NCBI GenBank assembly: GCA_012295275.1
Contig: CM022672.1
Location: 9,734,001-9,798,000, forward strand
Source: Chrysomallon squamiferum
Taxonomy: Eukaryota > Animalia > Mollusca
Length of the DNA stretch: 64,000 bases
Reading direction: 5' to 3'
The notes under the pieces were generated by a model. It was not told the DNA's origin. It saw nothing but the letters and a program-made list of their open reading frames with translations, and did not search any database. The position numbers and the translations under genes are program-made. Below are positions 53,682-64,000 of the stretch, piece after piece (within the stretch, counting starts at the first letter, position 1; every line of letters begins with the position of its first letter).

Positions 53682-55164
53682 TAAAAGGTAACCTATTTCA
53701 TTTGTAATTTTTTATAATAACCACAACTTGAACTTATTAACAACTATTGTAAGAACATCCATTACTATCACAGTAACCTATAACCACTGCTCTAACACCA
53801 GCACAAAAAGCAATTGCACAATGTCCTCACACACATTATGTGTTATAGACGTGTGTTATCAAGGTAAAATTTCACACCTGAGTAAATCAGTCACTAGGTG
53901 TAAATACACACACCTGTTTGCTCATTTGTACCCATTGTTAGGTGAGTATAAAGTCTCTTTTTTGTCAAGTTTCAATCTGTTATAATACATTCTTTAACTT
54001 AAGATCTTTGTTGATTGACTTTCAAAACCTTTTCCAGGTTCAGTAATTATATGTTACTTTATATTGATATATATGGCCATATATATATATATATATATAT
54101 CACAATAATATATAATTACACAATTATGTAATTACATCATATATATATATATAATATTAACTTACTATTTAAAAAATTAATAATAATAAAATAAGATTAT
54201 TTATATATCTCTCTCAGCCTAATAATTCTATTTATTTTTATATGCCTGTCTAAATATGTCTATATCAATCTATCTGGATAATCTAATGTGATCTACTTCC
54301 TATATATATATAAGTAAAAATAATTTGCAAATAATTCAAAATAACAACAGATGTGACAAAAACTATAATGTTCATAATTATTTGTGTACACAAACACTCC
54401 CAACAATAAATACACTCCTTGACTCAAAATCTTGCATACTACAGTAGATAATACTAATATCTCCACTTGTGATAGTACGTGAACTGAATGTGTTTAAAGA
54501 TAAAAACATTTCAGCTTTCTTTTTCAAATCTAAATTTTTATCTGACATCATTTCTATGGATGATGATAATAACACTGCAAAGACATCAGTATTCAGATAA
54601 ACAGACAAGCAGACCGAATTTTTATTTGTCACATTCTCCTTATTTCTGTCACTACTGCCTTGGTATTTGTTCTGGTTTTAAAATCACATTACCCATATAG
54701 CTTGGAGTTCAGCCAGTGTGCAGAGAGAGAGATTTTTTATTGCTCTCACAGTGGACAAAAGTTGACTGCTTCAAAACTGGGTTCTTTTTGTTTCTTTCTA
54801 CTCCATCCGTAACCTGCCTGTGTCTGTGATAAACCAGAATGATCATTCTGTGATAAGCCACTGTGCTAGCTGATCCACGGTCTCCCACTGTTGACTGATC
54901 TCTGGTTGACAATATCAGGCTATTTCAGTTAACAGGGATTGGTTATAAAACTTGCTACAGGTACGAATAAAAAAAAAAAGAAGAAAAAAGATCTAATACT
55001 TTGTCAAACTGTCATGTGAAAAAAAAAAAAAAAAAAAAAAGAATGCCTGAGAAAGTTTGTGATTTTATTTTATAAACATTCTTTTTCCTCCAGGAGTTTC
55101 ATACGGTCTGCAAGACTTGAGTAGGTCGTTTGTGTAATACCTGTATCGTCAAGAGATAATCAAC

Positions 55165-55222
55165 ATGGCCATTACCTGCAAGTTGTTACCTGTAAAGGTG
55201 ATAGCTGTTTTGCTGATTGCAG
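55165..55222 (+). CDS. First coding exon (signal peptide) of a probable gene nested antisense in the INPP5F intron
   Basis: Acceptor ctttttcctccag at 55093, Kozak CAACATGG, MAITCKLLPVKVIAVLLIA, then CAG|GTGAGT phase-1 donor; upstream donor CAG|GTACGA at 54961. Confidence 0.6.
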
Positions 55223-55506
55223 GTGAGTTATCTGTTTTATTGTACAATGGTTTTATATGTCTGTGATTGTATGGCTTTTATTTTGCCTTGAGACAAATAA
55301 ACTTAATCATTAATGTGTATGTAGAGGGTTTTTTTTTTTTTAAATCTTGAATTATGAAGTTAGTAGCAAATACAGTTTTTTCTTACAGTAGAGTATGCAT
55401 GTGTGATTTTGTTTGTAAGAATGTGTGTGTGTGTGTGTGTGTGTGATATTTTCTTACTGAATTAGACATCTTTGTGTATATAATAGATTTTATTGAACTG
55501 TTTGTG

Positions 55507-55565
<59 letters not shown>

Positions 55566-56525
55566 CTTAATGATATGTTTGTCTACAAATATCTAAGATC
55601 TCTGATGATAACATTGGTAAATTAATTCTAAATAAGTACGTCAAATTATTATAAATAATACTTAAACTATAGCTGTGAATAATATTTTATTACAGACTAT
55701 TTTAAATAAACTAAATTATTATATTTCTGCTAAACAATAAATAAAAGATAATGTTTTATCATGGTTAAAGGTGTGTTTAAGAAATAAGTGCAGAAATATG
55801 TAATAGGTGTAAATAAAGAAATACCTAGTTATTACTGCTTGTATATAATCACTATATTTCACTATTATGTAACATTTTGTATTATATGACCACAATGGGT
55901 CCATTGATTATTACACTATTTGACATTTTCAACGTATGTGTTTGTTTGTATGTACAGTACATTAGGTCCATATACAAAACTTAACATTCTGCAACGCTAT
56001 ATTGAAAAAACACTGAAATTATTTTTGATCAGATTTGGCAAACACGAGAATGAATCACTGAGTTTTAATAGTTAAAATGGTTCAAAGATACTTAACAAAA
56101 ACAAAAACAAAAAATGTGTGTGTGTGTGTGTTTGTTTTTGAATACCCAGTCTGATTAGAGTTTGCTGTACTAGTATAAATCATAGCTTTTTTTTATTACT
56201 CTCCATTTGATATATCCACTCTGGTTTTTCAACCATTTTCATTACTTGTTATATATTGCACTGACTTTGAATGCAATAATGTAAGAAAATAACAACAATT
56301 CTCTGAAACTTTGGTAAGAATGACTATTGTAAGTCACTGTTTATGGTTCCAGTTTTTTTTTTTTTTTTCAGAATATCAAAAACATGTTTTATTGTATTTT
56401 TCCAAAACAGGAGAGACTTCTTGAATATTAATATCCATTCATTATTGACTTACAATGCTCTCTAGAATTCTTATTATGAACAAATTTACAGGTTCCAATA
56501 ATTTGAAAAATAAATTTCTCTTTTA

Positions 56526-56528
<3 letters not shown>

Positions 56529-56621
<93 letters not shown>
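56529..56621. repeat. (GA)n microsatellite
   Basis: Direct inspection. Confidence 0.93.
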
Positions 56622-56624
<3 letters not shown>

Positions 56625-57889
56625 GTCATAGAATAGTTGTGCTGAAAGACTGATCTTTTTAAAAGGTTTTAGATAAATGTAAGAAACAAAGTGAAATTGT
56701 CTCATTTAGAGAAGAAAAGAGAAATATTAAGAAACAGAGAGAAAGACAGAAGGAAACTGATGGATGAAGAGAATGTGAGGAGAGACTGCAAAATGAAAAA
56801 AATTAACTAAATAAATAAGAATATAAGTAAAATAAATAAATAAATATTAAAATAAAATAAATAAATAAATAAACAAGTTATTTAATATTTTAAGAATGTA
56901 TAGTAAAAAAATAAATTAACATTAGGATACAGAAATGTATTTAAAAATATTTTATTTATTATCCCCTTTTCAAAAAGGTAACATCAAGTAACTATGTAAG
57001 TACAAATCAAAAATCTTGTTAACTTTTTAAAATCACAAATTCACTGCTCTGCTTGATATATTTGGATGACACATCATTTGTGTAATAAAAGAAACATATT
57101 ACTGAAATAAAGAAACTATAAAAGATAAAGTGTGTAGAGGTGGCACAAACTATCACATGACTCAGGTGTGTTTCAGTCTGAACAAACAGAAATATCTTAC
57201 CTTTAATACAGTCTAATTTAATAGTGTAAAATGATATGACTGGACTTGGAAACACAGAAGTTATGTTAATATGCAAATGTAAATGTATCTGAGTGGACTT
57301 TGAAACATTTGTAGTATAATATTTCAACAAATTATATTGTCACACACATATTGGTATTTTTTTTACATCATGTACTTAATGTCAGAGTGGTGACAGACAG
57401 GGATACAGATAAACCAGCAGGTGACAGACATAACCCAGACAGTCAGATGGACAGACATACAGTATGTAATGTCCTTCCATTTTGACCTTCACGGTACAAA
57501 AACTATCTTTTTAGAATTTCTTTTTATTCTTTTTTATTCTTGGACAACAAATGACAAATGAAAAGAACCTTTTTTCTTTGCCAAAAAGAAAGGGGAAAGC
57601 AACTATTTGCTCTCAGAATAATAATATTTATTATTCCAAAACATTCTATATATATTATATCTGATTTCAAATCCATTCATTAAAAATTCTGAATAATAAT
57701 TTTAAAAAATCATAATTTTTATTACATAAATACTATGATTATGAACCATTTATATAAACATGAAAGGCACCTTTTTTCATTACCATCAGCCTATCCATAG
57801 ACTGGAAAGAATTAAGAAATAGTTAATGAAAACATTCAGTATTTTTTGGTTTTATCTGTTTGATTTTTGAAATCTCATTTATAAAATAT

Positions 57890-58027
<138 letters not shown>

Positions 58028-58288
58028 AGATAAGAAAACATGCCATTCCTACAAAAGTACAATATTGAATCCTTACATTTAAAATAACAAAACTTCAGGT
58101 AAATATCAACACTGAAACTGTATCTAAGTGAACAAGTAGAAAAAAGTGTTTATTTGAAATGTATCTTTGACATCTAGTGTAATGTGGTATGTGGAAGGGT
58201 GTATGATGTATGGTTAGGTTACTACTGAAATATTATATACTGGATATCATGTAAAATGAAACAGGCAGTTTGACCTTTTTTGCTTCTT

Positions 58289-58483
<195 letters not shown>

Positions 58484-58907
58484 ATATTTTTCTGTGTATA
58501 ATAAAAAATAAATGTGTATGTTAGGATAAATTTAAACTCCTGGTATTTTCTATCAATCTTCAGTACTATTTAGAAATTCTAATCTTATCACATTTTAGTT
58601 TATTTTTCCATTATATATAGAAGTAACACACATTATTTAATTTTCATCTCCAAATAATCAATAACACTTTTCTTAGATATCTGCCTATAATTAAGCCAGA
58701 GAAACATTAGCCAGTACAAATTAAACACTGGCCATGCAATAACATAATGAATTATCTCTGTCTAGCTGTTCAGTGACTATTTGTTAAAAGAGCAGTCCCT
58801 TGTGCTGTATTCTGAACTTAAAATGCACACGTATTAATAAAAGATACCTAATGAAATAAAATCACTGACAAAACATTTTCATTAGGAATATTTTAGTCTT
58901 TAGTATA

Positions 58908-58940
<33 letters not shown>

Positions 58941-59069
58941 AATTTCCCCAAATCTCCAAACTGGTAAAAAAAATTATGAATTTGTTTATCTAAAATAGTA
59001 ACTCATAATTTCTTTTGAAAAGACACGAAGAGTTACTATTTTAGATATACATACAATTATTGTGGATTG

Positions 59070-59255
59070 TTAGTTGTAAGTCTGTGGGATCAATCCTTCT
59101 GAAAATTCCCACCCAAACATTTCTACCTCCATCCTGTCACCTGCAACTGTTTTATCAAATACAATTATTTGCTGTCTATGGGTAGGCCTATATAAAAAAA
59201 TGTTCCTTGCTGCTAATCTAAAAGAGTGTTTCTTTATATGTTAGTAATGCCTTTC
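59070..59255 (+). mobile_element. Degenerate tRNA-derived SINE-like copy
   Basis: B-box-like GGATCAATCC at ~59087, followed by CCTTGCTGCTAATCTAAAAGAGT, a core shared with copies at ~32.1 kb and ~53.3 kb. Confidence 0.45.
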
Positions 59256-59566
59256 ATGTGATAGATATTAGAGTAAAAATGTACTGAATTTTCAGTAATA
59301 AACATTTTATTTTTTTTTCTAGATTTGGTTTAGAAATGAATTACTAACAATTCAGATACCATCTAAACGACTGACATAAAACTGGATAGAGACTTTTAAG
59401 TGATATTACACCTGTATCTAGTTGATTATTTCTGCAGTTTATTTTTATCTGCAGTAATACAATAATTATGTCTCTATTAACAGGAAACAGTGTGTAAAAA
59501 GAAACATATATTTATTGTAATTATTGTACATGTTTATAAATAAATAAATAACAGAAATAAAATAAT

Positions 59567-59603
<37 letters not shown>

Positions 59604-60755
59604 TACAAAATAAATAAATAAATAAATACATTATATACATGATAAAAAATTTAAATAATGAAAAAAAAATTAAATAATGAAAGAAAAATTAAAAGAAAAT
59701 CAAATAAAAAATGAAAGAACAAAATTAATTTAAAACAAATAAAAAAATAAAACAATAAAAGAAATAAAATAAAATAAAACAAAACAAAAAGATAAAAACA
59801 CTGCTCCACTTATTAACAAGCACATTCCTGTCCTGGAATGAAACCACTTCACAAAAAAAAAAAAAAAAAAAAAAAAAAAATTCTGTCTATTTTCTGAACA
59901 GAGACCAGTGATTTAGTGTTATTGGTATCTGAGTTTTTTCACTATTAATATCCCAGCATGGCAGGACAGTTTGTTTTAATGGATAACTCCTAATAAACTG
60001 ACTCAATACATTTGTCATTTACTCAAACAGTATGCTGACTGATATATATATATATATAAAAGAAATTAAGAAAATCTAAAATATATATTACTTATCAGCT
60101 TAACCTGGTATTACAGTGGTAACAACAACATCTTGAATGTTTACATTTATCAGCGGTCACATGCTTTTTTTTTTTTTGGTTGTTTATTAATTACCTCCAA
60201 TTATTTGTAAGACAGATATTTTATACTGAGGATTATATTAATTTGGGTCAGTGTAGAGGAAAGGAGTTGTGGAAATTAAATAAAAAAAAAAAAAAATAGA
60301 ATATGTGCCAGTAATAGATGAAAAGAGACAGATTATTGTTATAGAAATAGTTTAAATTAACTATTAAAGAAATTGGAATTTGTACATTCATAAATGAAAC
60401 ATAAAATACATAATTATATTGCTGATATAAATCAATGTCAACATTAAATTTAGTTTTTTTTATTGTACTTAATATTGTGAGACATTATTAAATCATTTAA
60501 ATGTTTAGCCCCTTCTATTAGTGTTTGAAATATGGGAATTCTTTCTAAGTGATAGTTCTAATAAAACATTTACTTGTATTTAATCTGATTTAATGCTTAT
60601 TATTTGAATATTATTCTGTTACATACTCACACAGATACTGACAAACAAGAAATTTAAATTCCAATTCACAGCTTAATTTTGAATATTAAATTTTCTCCTT
60701 ATCATTATAATTATTTAGGCACTATTGGATTAATTAGGAAATTATGCGTAACAGT

Positions 60756-62765
60756 TTGTATTCATTGTTATTTTAAAACAATGTGGTAGTAATACAAAAT
60801 TTTCTGCTAACATTACCTTTAGTTAACTAATCAGGAAACTGTACTTGAAAACATGAATTATTTTAACCAGTTACACATTAATTAGAGAACTAACTGAACT
60901 TACGAATTTATGTTCAATTTAAACCAACATGACAATAACATGGAGTTTTCTACTTAACATTAAAGTTAATTAATTTGGAAATGTTTACCTCAAAATGTGA
61001 AAATTAATTAAGTTGACACTGCAGAATTGCTGAATTATTTTTCTGTTTCCTTGTTCATTGTCAGTTATGCAATGCCATGTGAAACAGGTGTTGATAATGA
61101 TGTATTAAATATTCACATATCTTGTTGTCTGTTTTTTTGTGGTTAAAATGCAAAATGTTATCACAAAGAAATCTCTGTTTTCTTATTGTTAATGTTATAA
61201 AATGTCACAAGGAGATATCTGTTTTCTTGTTGTTAATGTCTGAAATGATCCAAGAACCAAATATATTTGTTTTCTTGCCTGTATCACACAAATAGTTGGT
61301 TTCAAAAAGAAATTGTTTGTTTTTTCATTTACTCAAAAAGATTACTAAAGAGTGTTATGATTACATGAGATTTGCTGCATGTCCTACACCAACACAAATT
61401 TTAACTTTTGGGTTACAACTCCATAATTTGTTAATTATAATGTTAATTGCAGTGATAAAATTGCATAATTGTGATGCAATATGTCCATGTTGACAAATGA
61501 TTCATGTAATTATCATAAAAATCCAAGCTGAAGTTGCTTAGTGTAATGGAAATAATGCAAAACTGCCTTTAATCTTGTCAGTTAGATAATGTTATGTGAA
61601 ACAGGATTTGACAATGATGTATTAAAATATTCATGTTATCTTTTTGTTAATATGTAAAATATCATCGTAAGGAATTTCTGTTTTCTTTCTATACAGTGTG
61701 ACTGTTCAGTGTTATTTTAAATTTCACAAAGATTATCATTATTTTAAAACATACATAGAATCCAAAGATTATTTTAGTAAAGAAGTGTCTTTGTTGTGTG
61801 ATAATTTGATTCAGTTTAAACTGCTCTGTGAAAACAGTTATATTTTATAGTATAGGTAAAATGAAATGAAATAAAATATAAAATCATTTTAAAAATAATT
61901 AAACAAATAAAATCAAAATGATAAAAGAATTAATAATAACTAGTTTAAACAAAAAATAAAAATTAGAATTAAATTGTTGAATAATAAAAAAATAAAATAA
62001 ATCTGAATTTAAAAAAAATAATAAGACAAATAATAATAATAATAATAAAATAATAATAAATGAAACAAAAAAAATAAATAACAAATAACAAATAACATAA
62101 TAATATAAAACAATGAGAACAAATAATAAAAAAATAGTAAGTCAATTAATCAAATAATAATGTAACAAAAATAAGAACAATAGGTAATAAAATAATAATA
62201 ATACAAATATATATATAAATATATAAAAAACCCCAAAACAATCATTCTGAAGATGTAAAAATCTCATCTATAACAAGTATTATAAAATGTCATCAGAATT
62301 TGTTTTGGCAAAGTCATTCTTTGGAGCCCTAGGTCTAAATGTCAATTGCGTCACTACCAGATGTCACATTTGTCTTTTCTCAACAATCCACGTTCACAAA
62401 GACAGTGGTACATGAAACAGGAAACTCTGATTAAAGTGTGAAGACACAACATATTTTACCTGTCAGTGGAAAGACTCTTACACAAGAGAATTTACAACCA
62501 TCCTGTCTATTTTTGTGAAATAACAGCATTTATTAAAAAAAATGTAACTGCCACGTTTCGGAAATAAGAACACAAGTGTAATGGTTGTTATACTGCATAT
62601 CCAGAGGACAAAAGTGCAATGAAAAAAAAAAAAATAAAAATAAAACTCAGAAGGAAGTGTAAAAGAAAAGACATCCAGCTGGTTTCTGTGTTGTACAAAA
62701 AACACAGCTGATGTGTTTGGCTCTTTTCTGATGACATTTTCTACTGTTTACAATAATTACAATGA

Positions 62766-62810
<45 letters not shown>

Positions 62811-63719
62811 AAAGTTATTAGTAACAAATAAATAAATACATTTTTGATGTTTTGTATTATATACATTTACCAAAAAAAAAAGAAGAAAAGTATATTGATA
62901 AATAAATAAATTTCTGATCATATTTAGTACCATTGAAATATTAAAAAAATAATAATAATAAAAAATAAATTAAAAAATATTAGTATTAAATAAATAAATA
63001 ATAGAAACATGAATACAAATATAACTGGTTCTATTGTGTTATTTTATATACTAATAACGAGAAAACAGATATCTCCTTAAGATGACATTTTACATATTAA
63101 TAAGAAAACAGATATCTCTTTGTGATGACATTTTACAACTAGTATATAGATATTTCCTTCTGATAATTTACATATTAAACAAAAACAAAAATCTCTTTCT
63201 GATGATATTTTCTCATTTACAGTAAGAAAATGCACATCTGTGTCATATTTTCCATATTAACATCAAGAAAACAGATATTTCTTTCTTATGATATTTTTGC
63301 ATATTAAGAAGAAAACAGACATCTCCTTGTGATGGTATTTTACACATTAACAAGATATGTGAATGTTTAATACATCATTATCAAAACCTGTTTCACATAG
63401 CATTGCATAACTGACAATGAACAAGGAAATAGAAAAATAATTCAGCAATTCTGCAGTGTCAGCTTAATTAATTTTCACATTTTGAGGTAAAAATTTCCTA
63501 ATTAATTAACTTTAATGTTAAGCAGAAAACTCCATGTTATTGTCATGCTGGTTTAAATTGAACATAAATTTGTAAGTTCAGTTAGTTCTCTAATTAATGT
63601 GTAACTGGTTAAAATAATTCATGTTTTCAAGTACAGTTTCCTGATTAGTTAACTAAAGGTAATGTTAGCAGAAAATTTTGTATTACTACCACATTGTTTT
63701 AAAATAACAATGAATACAA
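60756..63719. repeat. Long inverted repeat / foldback-like element: arms 60756-61126 and 63349-63719
   Basis: Two 371-bp arms are reverse complements with only scattered mismatches. Degenerate ~42-bp subrepeats (AAGAAAACAGATATCTCCTTGTGATGACATTTTAC) lie inside both arms in inverted orientation. Confidence 0.92.
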
Positions 63720-64000
63720 TGAGAAAACTCTCCATATTATTGTCATTAAAATGAACATAAATTCATAAGTTCAGTTAGTTCTCTAATTAATCAGTAACTG
63801 GTTAAATAATTATAATGCTCAGCAAAAATTTCATGTCACTGATGCTTTGGTAAAAACAGAGCTATGTGAATCTGGAGAATTCATTAACAAAAATCAATGG
63901 CTAACACACACTTGCAATAAACCTACAGTTATTTAATATCTTTTTAATAGATCTGGTTTATCAAATGTTTCTGTCAATCTCTTTCCATTTTTACATCTGA

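Noticed and set aside
62295-62445. Open + strand stretch as candidate exon 2 of the nested gene
   Set aside because: No convincing acceptor or recognisable domain; it sits in the spacer of the inverted repeat.

Overview
AT-rich, microsatellite-dense eukaryotic (metazoan) genomic DNA with spliceosomal GT-AG introns. A mollusc, possibly a gastropod, is suggested by SINE-like fragments, but this is low-confidence inference. Nearly all ORFs in the supplied track are repeat artefacts. Contents from left to right: (1) 1-15.77 kb, a compound macrosatellite of about 20 units, each a variable array of a 42-bp minisatellite plus a ~440-bp constant spacer, with higher-order structure; (2) the last coding exon of a + strand chitin-binding (CBM14/peritrophin-A) gene; (3) a complete 505-aa BC-box/LRR (AMN1-like) gene on the - strand with three coding exons and a Tigger4/Zombi-like MITE upstream of its ATG; (4) a - strand gene not assembled by the ORF track, with four coding exons (~228-231 aa, signal peptide, all phase-0 introns, TATA plus kB-like promoter) that looks like a long-chain class-I helical cytokine of LIF/CNTF/IL-6 type, the main finding; (5) the 3' eleven coding exons of INPP5F/SAC2 on the - strand; (6) the first exons of a probable antisense nested gene encoding a signal peptide inside a large INPP5F intron; (7) a 371-bp-arm inverted repeat. 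All exon structures were hand-derived from splice signals and frame continuity, and family assignments come from recalled motifs rather than database searches.
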